This document shows, piece after piece, positions 18,826 to 28,067 of a stretch of 64,000 nucleotides of DNA (the first letter of the stretch is position 1; the number at the start of each line of letters is the position of its first letter). The translations under genes were made by a program, and so were the position numbers. Source of the DNA: Longimicrobiales bacterium (lineage in GTDB: Bacteria; Gemmatimonadota; Gemmatimonadetes; Longimicrobiales; Gaopeijiaceae); NCBI GenBank assembly GCA_965198065.1, contig CBDAON010000004.1, positions 2,528,001 through 2,592,000 of the forward strand, read 5' to 3'. Below the pieces are notes generated by a model. It made no database searches, was not told the DNA's origin, and saw only the letters and a list, made by a program, of their open reading frames with translations.

Positions 18826-21588
18826 CTACCATCGATAGGTCAATTTCCCGTAGTAGAAGGCGCCGTTGAAGCCCCACGGCGTGTACTCGCTGTACTTCTC
18901 GCCGACGGACATCGCCCGCGCGCTCTCGTCCGGGTAGGTGTTGAACGCATTCTGCGCGCCGACGGCCAACGTTGCGCCGCCGACGAGGTCGATGCTCCCT
19001 TCCAAGTCGACGATCGGCTTGCCGTCGAAGAAGCCCTGCTCGATGCCTCCCGACGGCAGGTAGACCTCGGCGAAGCCGCTGTCGTAGTCGTACCAGCCGC
19101 CGAAGTAGTTCAGCCGGCCGATAATGCTCACCCGCCCGACCTGCTGGGTCAGACCGACGTTCCAGCGGATGCGCGGCAAGGCGTATGCGAACTCGGCCAT
19201 CCGCCGGTCGTTGAGCAGCCCCTTCTCGTTGTCGGTCACCTCGGTGTCGGTGTAGTTGAAGATGGCGCTGATCACGGTGTTGCCGCGCAGCGCGAGCGGT
19301 GTGAAGGTCGATACCAGATCGATACCTTGCGACGCCGTCGCGAACGCGTTGGTGAAGAACCGGAACTGCCGTAGGTCGCGAGCGGCGTCGACGCCTTCGG
19401 CCAGCAGGGTGTCGATCTCGTCGGCGGTCAGGGTGAAGTTGCTCGTGATCCCGATCCGGTCCGATACGTTGATGCGGAAGTAGTCGGCCGTGAAGGTGAA
19501 CTGGCCGTTATCGAAGACGACGCCGGCGGTGTAGTTGATTGACTTCTCTGGGGCGAGCGGCTGGCCGCCGCGCAGTGCCGCCAACGGCGAGATCGACGGG
19601 ATGGAGCCGTTGTTCACCAGATCCCCGAGCGCCGGGTCAAAGATGGTCGAGATGTTGAAGCCGTTCTGCTGTCCCGGTGTCGGGGCGCGGAACCCGCTGC
19701 TCACGCTGGCGCGCACGAAGTGGAAGCGGCCGGAGAGCTTGCTGTTCATCGTCGTGCCGAAGTCATCGAAGTGCTCGATGCGAACGGCGGAGCCGACGGT
19801 CCAGTCGCGCTCGATCCCATTCAACTCGATGTCGCCGTAGAGCGCGACGTTGCTGCGGCCCCAGGTCCCGGCGGCCATCGGCCCGTAACCGAAGAATCCG
19901 TTGGATCCGGCCGAGAAACCCTGTCCCCGGCCGTAGGGGCCGACCGTCCACGATGCCGGATCGCCCGCGGTGGTCTGGTACTGCTCGTTCCGCCATTCCG
20001 CCCCGGCCGCGATGTTGACCATGTCGGTGGCGGCGTAGGAGAAGTCGGTGTTGAGACCGACGTCGCGCTGCCGGTTACTGCCGAGGTTGAACGCGGTCGG
20101 CGTGTCGGGGCCGAGTGAGGCGTTAACGGTGTTCTGGATGAAGAGGTCGGTCTCGTGTGCGCCGAGCGATGCGCTCACATCCCAGTTGAACCCCTCGGCC
20201 GTAAAGCCGCGCACGCCGACGACCACGGACATGTCCTGCGCCTCGCCCCCGAAGCTGGGCGTGAAACCGCCGGGAAATCGCTCGCGGAACGAGAAGCAGT
20301 TCGGGTCCTCGAACACCCGCTGCAGGGCGACCGGATCGGCCACGTTGTTGGTGATGGCCACCGTTGGGCAGTTTGCCGACCCCGCCCCGTTCGCCATCAG
20401 CACGTCGCCGATCAGCAGGCTCTGGCCGTTGTCGAGGCTGAAGACGCCGCCCCGCGTGTTCGGATTCCGGAAGAAGAAGCCGCCGGTCACCTTCTTGCTG
20501 GCGTAGTTGGTATGGCCGTAGACCTGTACGCCGGCGGCGGCGGTGTATCCGAAGTTCCCGAACAGCTTCAAATCGTCGTCGATGTCTGGCGAGCCCCAGA
20601 CCTGCGGCGTGTCGGACATCACGCTGGTGTTGCCGGCGGCGATGAGCGCGATTGCATCGCTGCGGGGCGCGCTGCGGTTGGTCGGGTTCGAGCCGCCGTA
20701 CTCCAGGCTGAGGTTGGCGAAGCCGCGGGTGCCCAGCGGCAGACCGACGTTGGCGGCCACGTTCATCGCCTCGCCGTCGCCGTCACCGAACGTGCCGGCG
20801 CCGTACTCCAAGGAGCCGCCGGATGCGGCGTCCTTGAGTTGGAAGTTCAGCACGCCGGCGATGGCGTCCGAGCCGTACTGCGCGGCCGCGCCGTCCCGCA
20901 GCACTTCTACCTGCCGCAGGGCGATGGCCGGAATGGCCGAGATGTCGGGTCCCTGCGACCCGAAAGCCACGCCGTTGCCGCCGTGCCAGTCGATAATCGA
21001 AGAGCGGTGGCGGCGCTTGCCGTTGACAAGGACCAGGGTGTGGTCCGGAGCCAGGTTGCGCAGCATCGCCGGCCGAACGACGGTGGAGGCGTCGCTGATC
21101 GGCTGGGTGTTGACGCTGAATGACGGGACCACCGTTCGGAGCTGGTCCTGCAGGTTGACCGTTCCCTGGCTAGTGAGGTCGGTAGCCGAGACCACGTCCA
21201 CGGGGACGGGAGATTCGGTCACCGTCCTGGGCGGCGCCCGGCTGCCGACCACGACCAAGCCTGCGAGCTGAACTGCCTCCTCCTCAAGCGTCACATCCAG
21301 CTGGGTGGTCTCGCCGTTGGCGATCGTGACCTGCTGGGTCACCGATCGATAACCGATTACGTTGAACACGACATCGTGGCTACCAGCCGGCAGGTTGGGA
21401 ATATCGTAGGTGCCGGTGGCCCCACTGATGGATCCCCTACTCAGTTCGGGCAGGCTCACCTGCACACCCGCGACGGGCGTGCCCGTCGCAGAGGATGTTA
21501 CGGTTCCACTGAGCGTGCCCTGCGCCGTTAGCGCGCCTGCTTGGACGAGGGCCAACAAAAGACTTGCAGCCGCTGCTGTTCGTAGCAC
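18826..21588 (-). CDS. TonB-dependent receptor with an N-terminal carboxypeptidase-regulatory-like domain
   Basis: Signal peptide, GTLSGTVTS...GTYDI, VVVGSR, plug LVLVNGKRRH...EVLRDGAAAQYGSDAIAGVLN, terminal YYGKLTYRW; GTG start after a GGAGG RBS. Confidence 0.92.
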   Translation of the reverse strand: MLRTAAAASLLLALVQAGALTAQGTLSGTVTSSATGTPVAGVQVSLPELSRGSISGATGTYDIPNLPAGSHDVVFNVIGYRSVTQQVTIANGETTQLDVTLEEEAVQLAGLVVVGSRAPPRTVTESPVPVDVVSATDLTSQGTVNLQDQLRTVVPSFSVNTQPISDASTVVRPAMLRNLAPDHTLVLVNGKRRHRSSIIDWHGGNGVAFGSQGPDISAIPAIALRQVEVLRDGAAAQYGSDAIAGVLNFQLKDAASGGSLEYGAGTFGDGDGEAMNVAANVGLPLGTRGFANLSLEYGGSNPTNRSAPRSDAIALIAAGNTSVMSDTPQVWGSPDIDDDLKLFGNFGYTAAAGVQVYGHTNYASKKVTGGFFFRNPNTRGGVFSLDNGQSLLIGDVLMANGAGSANCPTVAITNNVADPVALQRVFEDPNCFSFRERFPGGFTPSFGGEAQDMSVVVGVRGFTAEGFNWDVSASLGAHETDLFIQNTVNASLGPDTPTAFNLGSNRQRDVGLNTDFSYAATDMVNIAAGAEWRNEQYQTTAGDPASWTVGPYGRGQGFSAGSNGFFGYGPMAAGTWGRSNVALYGDIELNGIERDWTVGSAVRIEHFDDFGTTMNSKLSGRFHFVRASVSSGFRAPTPGQQNGFNISTIFDPALGDLVNNGSIPSISPLAALRGGQPLAPEKSINYTAGVVFDNGQFTFTADYFRINVSDRIGITSNFTLTADEIDTLLAEGVDAARDLRQFRFFTNAFATASQGIDLVSTFTPLALRGNTVISAIFNYTDTEVTDNEKGLLNDRRMAEFAYALPRIRWNVGLTQQVGRVSIIGRLNYFGGWYDYDSGFAEVYLPSGGIEQGFFDGKPIVDLEGSIDLVGGATLAVGAQNAFNTYPDESARAMSVGEKYSEYTPWGFNGAFYYGKLTYRW

Positions 21589-21704
21589 TGTGGAGCCCTC
21601 CCGTGGATGATATGTACCACGCTGGACGCTGGACGGTGGCCCGCACGTGCGCGTGTGCACCGTAATGCAGGCGCGGCAGGCAAGCAACACCGGCGGGGCG
21701 CTGG

Positions 21705-21848
21705 CCGACGTCGTACGTCAACACATCGCCGTCGGGATCCTCCGCCGTCACTTGGCCGAGATCGACCGGCAGCTGGCGGCCGTCCCGATTCTCCGGCAAC
21801 TCGAAGCGATCGACCGGCTGCTCGAACGCCGCCGGCCGGTTGACAACC
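21705..21848 (-). pseudogene. Cadherin-like domain fragment
   Basis: NRPAAFEQPVDRFELPEN...LGQVTAEDPDGDVLTY matches the cadherin N-x-P-x-F...PEN...A-x-D-x-D Ca-binding pattern. Confidence 0.65.
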
Positions 21849-22260
21849 TTCTGCTTCGTTGTGACGAGCCCCGACGCCCTCGGCGACGTGAGCGGCGAGC
21901 CGGGCCGAGGCTTCCGAAGGCTGGATTCTCCGAGGGGTAGGGGTAGGGCGAAGCGCGCTCCTTGTCGGTGTGCGCGCAAGTGTCGATGTCCCGCCCTGCC
22001 ATGCCTGGACTGGATCGTCAACATCCCTGACCGCACCACCCGCCGCAGTGGCCGGCCTGCCGCAAACGGGTCACGTCCTCGACCCGCCCCGACTGATGCC
22101 TCCCACACCTTCGAGCGGGGCTCCAGGAGCTGATCGAGGCCCCGCTGGCAGACTGGCCGGACGCCCCGCCGTTCCAATTCGATCCCGATGGATCCACCAG
22201 GAACATCAATCATCTCCTACGCATTGACATGATTGCCAAAGCGTCTGCACCGTCACTCGC

Positions 22261-22445
22261 ATGGAGACGCTGGGGCAGCAGTTCGATGTCGCGAGTGGCC
22301 GGGTTTCTCCAGCACACGGGCGTGGGACCCACGACGTTCGGTCGGCAAGCAGGGTGAGCGATCCGAACCCCGTACGTCAGCTGCGTCTTGGCCGCTCTCC
22401 GAGGCTGGCTACGGCCGGCCAGGTCCCGGCGTTCATGGAAGCCTG
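22261..22445 (+). pseudogene. Degenerate small Cro/XRE-like HTH protein
   Basis: Two frame changes give METLGQQF..RVAGFLQHTGVGPTTFGRQA.SDPNPVRQLRLGRSPRLATAGQVPAFMEA, a phage-type HTH pattern. Confidence 0.5.
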
Positions 22446-23232
22446 CGACCGGACCGGCCGGCTCCGGGATTCCGTCTTGAGGCAAGGAGACAGAGCGACT
22501 CGCCAGCTGGCCGGTCGCGGGCGGATCCACTGCGGTAGCAGCCGGCAAACGCGGTGCGCCTCTCCGGGGCGCGCTTCCGATGACCGGCGTGCGAGTCATG
22601 CCACAACCGGAGTGTGAAAACGACACGGGGCGTCGATTCACAATCTGCCCATGCACGGATTCACACGGGACTCCCCGCCTATCCGCCGAGCGCGCAGTGT
22701 CTTGCGCCTCCGCGGCCCGGCCGGCCGTGGCCAGACGGTGGACTGACTGACAAGTCGCCGAAGAGCCGGATGCGGGTAAGTGGTCCACACGGCAGTCCCT
22801 AGCCACGCGATCTGTTGGAGAACATCGGCTGCCCTCAGGAACGCAAGGGCCTACAGGGGATGGCGTAGGCCGGTCCCCTGATGCGCCTGATGGGGCTTCA
22901 GCGGCCTCACGGGCGCCGCGCACCAAGCGATCCGCCCCAACCCGATCGTAGCCTGAAGCGCTCATCCGGTGGCGATCCGACGCCCAACGCAGCTTGAGCC
23001 TAGCATCAGGAACCCAGGTCCCGATTCCTAGCCGTCCCGATGCCTCCGGTCCGACGGGTCCGATCCCGCTTGCGGTAGTCCGAACGGCGTGTGCGCCCAC
23101 GGAAGGGCCTCCTCTACGGTCCTACCAGCCGGAACCGCCGACGATGAGCGCGACGGCGACAAGCGCGCAGGAGAGCGTGCGATCGTTCAAGGAACGCGTC
23201 TTATAGTGGGCATACCGTTTCAAGGTGATCCT

Positions 23233-23442
23233 CTACTGGTACTCGTCAGCATGGAGGACCAGCGGATCTATTTTACCCTTATCGAAATAATACTCTTGGA
23301 GTTCCACAGCTGACACGTTCAGGACGTATTCATTTTCGAGTGACTGAATGTCCTGAATTAGTTGCTTGAGATGATTCGCAAAGGTGCTCTGCGAGACTCC
23401 ATCTCTGAAAGGTTGCATTTTCATATCTGCGTGATCTCGCAC
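23233..23442 (-). pseudogene. N-terminal fragment of a low-GC foreign gene
   Basis: AT-rich, protein-like 69 aa (IQSLENEYVLNVSAVELQEYY...DPLVLH) ending early. Confidence 0.45.
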
Positions 23443-23575
23443 GCTATCGTCTCGGTTGATCCCGTCCGCGCGCTTCCATGTCCGCGCTCGCTTACCTACA
23501 ACGAATCACATCCGAAGGCAGGGGGGTGGGAGTCCCCCGGCGACAATGACCTGCCCCGAAGAGCGGTACCACAAC

Positions 23576-24464
23576 CTATGTTAGTCCCAGCACCTGTGGA
23601 GGGCGGTGAAGGACGGGCATCCTCAGGAACCAGGGCGACGGCTTAATCGCCTCAGGGGCCGGGGGAAAGCCGCCGCAGGCGCTGTGGGGTCGGACGGTAT
23701 CGTACTCGCGCCTCCATTGCTCGACCAGCACGGCCGCCTCCGCCAACGAGCAGAAGATCTCCCCGTTCAACAGCTCGTCCCTGAGCTTGCCGTTGAAGCT
23801 CTCGTTGTAGCCGTTCTCCCACGGGCTGCCCGGCTCGATAAAGAGCGTCTCGACGCCCACGCGCCCCAACCACCGCCGCACGGGCTTCGCGGTGAACTCC
23901 GGTCCGTTGTCCGACCTCAGATACTCGGGAGGCCCGTGTCGGACGAACAGATCGGCCAGCACCTCGAGCACGTCGTGCGAGCGGATCTTGCGAGCCACCA
24001 CGATCGCCAGGCACTCCCTCGTGTGCTCGTCCAGCACTGTCAGCAGCTTCAGCGCACGCCCGTCGTGCGTCCTCGAGGCCACGAAGTCGTACGACCAGAC
24101 GTGGCCCCGATACAGCCGGCCTCAGCCGGATGCACGATCCGTCGTTGAGCCACAGCCGACCTCGCTTCGGCTGCCGCTCCGGGACCTTCAGCCCCTCCTG
24201 CCTCCAGATCCGCTCCACCCGCTTGTGCTTCACCCCCCAGCCCTCGATGCGGAGCGTGTCCGTGACGCGTCGCTAGCCGTAGCGGCCGAATCGACTCGCG
24301 AGTCGCACGATATCACCTCGGAGCGCCCCCTCGTCACTCGCCACTCTCCTCGCCCCGCGCTGGGTCGTGCGTGGCTGCCCGAGCACCCGGCACGCTCTCC
24401 TCTCCGACGCCCCGAGCTGCTGACGTACACGCACCACACAACGTCGTCGGCCCTCGGGGCTCAG
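23576..24464 (-). pseudogene. IS3 transposase OrfB, disrupted
   Basis: In-frame TAG at 24273-24275 (RFGRYG*) and a frameshift near 24110 ahead of the integrase core. Confidence 0.85.
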
Positions 24465-24739
24465 AAGTTTCCCTTGGCCGCTTCCTCCACGATCAGCTTG
24501 TCCAGTGTCAAGTCCGCCACTGCTCGCTTCAGGCGCCCGTTCTCGCGCTCGAGCTCCTTCAGGCGCCGTGCCTGGCTCACCTTCATCCCGCCGTACTCCC
24601 GCCTCCACCGGTAGTACGTCTGCTCGGTGATGCCGAGCTCCCCCCTGATCAGCTTCACGGATTTGCCGCCGGCCAGACCGACCTCTGCCTCCCGCACTGC
24701 AGTGATGATCTGCTCCGGAGTGTGTCGCTTCCTTCCCAT
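24461..24739 (-). CDS. IS3 transposase OrfA
   Basis: HTH, TYYRWRREYGG, LKELERENGRLK; ends in the slippery-type sequence AAGGGAAAC. Confidence 0.92.
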   Translation of the reverse strand: MGRKRHTPEQIITAVREAEVGLAGGKSVKLIRGELGITEQTYYRWRREYGGMKVSQARRLKELERENGRLKRAVADLTLDKLIVEEAAKGNF

Positions 24740-24859
24740 CCTGACCTCCTCGCTGAAAAGCTTCGGACCAGGCCGATCCTAACATTGCACCTGGTCTCGT
24801 TTCAGCGGGTCAGGTCAGGGCAGGTCAATCCGGCTCGCGCGCTTCGCTTGCGGTCACCA

Positions 24860-24898
24860 CATTAGCCGCGCAGCAGAATCGCGAGTCCGTTAGGCGGC
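24860..24898 (+). other. Right half of an integron attC-like site
   Basis: GCGCAGCAGAATCGCGAGTCC-GTTAGGC-GGC; GTTRRRY core at 24889-24895, followed 38 bp later by an ATG; left half absent. Confidence 0.5.
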
Positions 24899-24932
24899 AT
24901 CGAGAGCAAATCTGCGCAGCTAGGGCAGCGAC

Positions 24933-25085
24933 ATGAACTGGGAAGCCATTGGCGCAGTCGCAGAGATAATTGGCGCTGCGGCGGTCGTGATTTCCTTAGT
25001 CTATCTCGCCGTGCAGATCCGACATACGGTGCGCCGGACGGCTGCCGACAACTTGCAGTCAACCGTGGAACGGTGGGTTGGGTGA
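24933..25085 (+). pseudogene. Truncated membrane-anchored hypothetical protein (cassette-type)
   Basis: MNWEAIGAVAEIIGAAAVVISLVYLAVQIRH..., 50 aa; stops 20 bp before tRNA-Val; below the ORF-track cutoff. Confidence 0.65.
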
Positions 25086-25105
25086 TTGCTGGATGAAGTA
25101 CCGTA

Positions 25106-25180
25106 GGGCGCTTAGCTCAGCTGGTTCAGAGCGCCTGCCTTACAAGCAGGAGGTCAGAGGTTCGAATCCTCTAGCGCCCA
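25106..25180 (+). tRNA. tRNA-Val(TAC), CCA not encoded
   Basis: Acceptor stem GGGCGCT/AGCGCCC, anticodon arm CCTGC-CT-TAC-AA-GCAGG, GGTTCGAATCC. Confidence 0.96.
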
Positions 25181-25250
25181 TGGAAGTTACTAGGGTAGAG
25201 GTTTCAGGAAGTGCACGAACCGTGCACGATAAGTGGCAGTTCGAGTCGGG

Positions 25251-25298
25251 TTATCGGCCTTCCAGGGCAGCGTTCAAGCGGGTGATGGGGTCGGTCAT
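25251..25298 (-). pseudogene. 15-codon N-terminal remnant of a Ser/Thr protein kinase
   Basis: MTDPITRLNAALEGR* resembles the M.DPI.RLNAALEGRY start typical of Gemmatimonadota Hanks-type kinases. Confidence 0.55.
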
Positions 25299-25350
25299 AG
25301 GTTCCCTGCCTGCCCGCTAAGCTCCTCCGCCCAGCCGAGCGTGAGCGTTG

Positions 25351-25527
25351 TCAGCCGCGATCGCGCGGTCCCGATTCGGGCGGGTTCTCGTCCTCGGCTT
25401 CGCCGCTTGCGGGCGCTGATCTGGTTGCCTCTTCACGGCTGCGGCGTTTGGCCTTCTCCTCATTCTTCTTCTGCTTCCTCAGCTCTCGCTGCTTCTTCTC
25501 GAAGCCGTAGTTCGTGCGTCGCGCCAC
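25351..25527 (-). CDS. Small basic protein (58 aa)
   Basis: AGGAGG RBS, GTG start, (M)ARRTNYGFEKKQRELRKQKKNEEKAKRR...; missed by the ORF track. Confidence 0.75.
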   Translation of the reverse strand: MARRTNYGFEKKQRELRKQKKNEEKAKRRSREEATRSAPASGEAEDENPPESGPRDRG

Positions 25528-25610
25528 TGTCCCTCCTGATGAATTCGGCCCGCGCCCTCCCGCTTGGAGCCCGCGCGCTTTTGGAATGAAGGGGTCCTAC
25601 GAGCTGTCCT

Positions 25611-25680
25611 GAGTCAATCCCAAAGTTAGTTGAAACTGGAGCGGCCTCCGTCTCAGGCGACAGCATGTGAACGGCTCTCG
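25611..25680 (-). mobile_element. Isolated IS256-family right end (70 bp)
   Basis: Exact reverse complement of 27865-27934. Confidence 0.92.
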
Positions 25681-26247
25681 ATTTCGCGCTTCAGCAGCTC
25701 GTTTCGGAGCGTGCCGTTAAAGCTCTCATTGTAGCCGTTCTCCCACGGGCTGCCCGGCTCGATGAACAGCGTCTTCACGCCTAGCTCACCGAGCCACTGC
25801 CGAACCACTCGGGCCGTGAACTCCGGACCGTTGTCGGAGCGAAGATTCGCCGGTGGACCGTGCTCGGCAAACAGCTCGCTCAGCGTCTGCAGAACATCGT
25901 CCGCCTGAAGCCTGCGAGTCACCACGATCGCCAGGCACTCCCGGCTGTACTCATCCAGCACCGTCAGCATCTTGAGCGGCCGTCCATCATGCGTCCGGTC
26001 CGCCACGAAGTCATACGCCCATACATGGTGTCGGTACAGGGGCCGCAGTCGGATACAAGAACCGTCGGTCAGCCACAGCCTTCCCTCGTTTCGGCTGCTT
26101 ACTTGGCACCTTGAGCCCCTCCTGTCTCCAGATCCGCTCCACCCGCTTGTGGTTCACGGCCCAGCCCTCCGTCCTCAGCATCCCCGTCACCATCCGGTAC
26201 CCGTAGCGCCCGAACCTGCGAGCCACCTTCACCACGTCCTCTCTCAG
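25681..26247 (-). pseudogene. Internal IS3 orfB fragment, frameshifted
   Basis: RFGRYGYR...NHKRVERIW, DEYSRECL, RSDNGPEF, SPWENGYNESFNG; both IS ends missing. Confidence 0.88.
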
Positions 26248-26499
26248 GGAAGCCGGTTCAAGGCCGACGCAGGAAGGCGACGTGCGTTCGGTACGTACCT
26301 GAGAGTAGGCGAACGGGTTTGACCTTAGAGCACGGCGTGTAACAACAATCCGTCTAACTATGATTCTACGGATCCCCGCCTAACCCGCACTGTTCAGCCC
26401 GAGCGAATGCGAGGGTTCTGCGAACCAGTTTTCTCTGGAACGCTACATCCACAACGGTCCATCTATTTCTGGGAGGTAAGACATGGCAGACAACGACCT

Positions 26500-27934
26500 C
26501 AGTGAGTCCCATCTTTAGTTGAAATTGAAGCGGCCTCCAACCTCAGGTAACGTGGGTGTGCGACCACACCACGGGATCACAAGAGAGGAAGGAGGGCCAC
26601 CGATGGGAAGGATGCCAAGGCTCGTCGAGCGGGGGCAAGAAGGACCGGCGGCTCGGGGAACCGAGGGAGGTGAGTTGGGAGGAGATCGAGGCGCTGGAGC
26701 TGGACCCTCGGGTGGAGCTGATCCGGCAGCTGATTCCGCTGGGACTGGCGGAGGTGGGCCGGATGCTCGAGGAGGAAGTGGAGCAACTGGCGGGGCAACG
26801 TCACGCCAGGAAGACCGAGGACGATCGACATTGCCGGCATGGGCATAACCCAGGGTCGGTGCGGTTGGGCGGCCAGCGGCATCCGGTGCGAGTACCGCGG
26901 GTGCGAGGCCCGGCCGGAGAGTCGAGGCTGGCGGCGTATGAGCAGCTGCATGGCTCGCCCGGCGAGATGGACGAGGGGCTGTTTCGGAAGGTGCTGCTCG
27001 GGATCTCGTGCCGGGACTACGAGGCAGCGGTCGAGGCGGTGCCTGGAGCCATCGGGCTGTCGAAGTCGACGGTCTCGCGGGAGTTCAAGAAGGCCACGGC
27101 CGCGAAGCTGAAGGAGTTTCAGGAGCGGGACCTCTCGGGTTACGACGTGGGGTGGCACTCGTCCTGGACGGCAAGAGCTTTGCCGAGGACGAGATGGTCG
27201 TCGCGCTCGGGGTGACGACCAAGGGGGACAAGGTCTTCCTCGGGTTCGTCCAGACCGACACGGAGAACGCCGTGGTGATCCGATCCTTCCTTCGGAGTCT
27301 GAAGGACCGAGGTCTCGACCTGTCGGCCGGAGCGCTCGTGGTGATCGATGGAGCCCGCGGTCTCCGGAGCGGCGTCCTGGCGGTCTTCAAGGGACAGGTG
27401 CTCATCCAGCGGTGCCAGTGGCACAAGCGGGAGAACGTGATCTCGTATCTGCCGAGAGCGGAGCAGAAGGGCTGGCGCCAGCGTCTGCAGCGCGCCTACC
27501 AGCGGCCCACGTACGAAGAGGCCGTCAAGGACCTCAAGGCCCTGCGCCAGGAGCTCGCGGGGGTGAACCAGTCCGCGGCGGCCAGTCTCGATGAGGGGTT
27601 CGAGGAGACCCTCACCCTCCACCGGTTGGGAGTCTTCCCCCTGGTCGGCCAGTCGCTCAAGACCACCAACGTGCTCGAGTCCGTGAACGCCCTGGCCGAG
27701 CAGAGGTGCGGACGCGTGGACCACTGGAAGAACTCGAGCCAGAAGCACCGATGGCTCGCGACCACGCTCCTGGAGATCTAGTCACGGCTCCGGAGGTTGC
27801 TCGGGTACCGACACCTCCCGCTCCTCAGGGCCGCGATCCAGAAGGACCTCGGGATCACCCTTCCCGAGAGCCGTTCACATGCTGTCGCCTGAGACGGAGG
27901 CCGCTCCAGTTTCAACTAACTTTGGGATTGACTC
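26500..27934 (+). mobile_element. IS256-family element with a frameshifted transposase
   Basis: Imperfect terminal IRs (CAGTGAGTCCCATCTTTAGTTGAAA versus GAGTCAATCCCAAAGTTAGTTGAAA); GISCRDY, LSKSTVSR, LDG, VIDGARGL, QRCQWHKREN, TTNVLESVN; at least two frameshifts and a TAG at 27779-27781. Confidence 0.9.
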
Positions 27935-28067
27935 TTACCTTTCCGTTAATTCGCCTGTTGTCGTCCGCATGCTTGGTAGTTCCGAAACCGGGCCCAGGCG
28001 CTGGGCAGTTCCCGCATGTGCGGGAGCGTTACAACTCCACCCCCTGTCTCAACTAGACGCTCAGCGC

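Larger units (their letters stand above)
23547..24817 (-). mobile_element. Full-length IS3-family element (1271 bp) with inactivated orfB
   Basis: Terminal TG...CA inverted repeats (TGACCTGCCCC / GGGTCAGGTCA), orfA plus DDE orfB (RSDNGPEF, SPWENGYNESFNG); no target duplication visible. Confidence 0.93.

Noticed and set aside
22450..23200. ORFs 22210..23100 (-) and neighbours
   Set aside because: No family signal or coherent composition; treated as decayed sequence.
24461..24480. IS3 orfA/orfB frameshift site as novel recoding
   Set aside because: Programmed -1 frameshifting is standard in IS3, and orfB is inactivated anyway.
24273..27781. In-frame TAG codons in transposases as stop-codon reassignment
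   Set aside because: The same genes also carry frameshifts, and TAG ends normal genes here (xseB, recN, murF).
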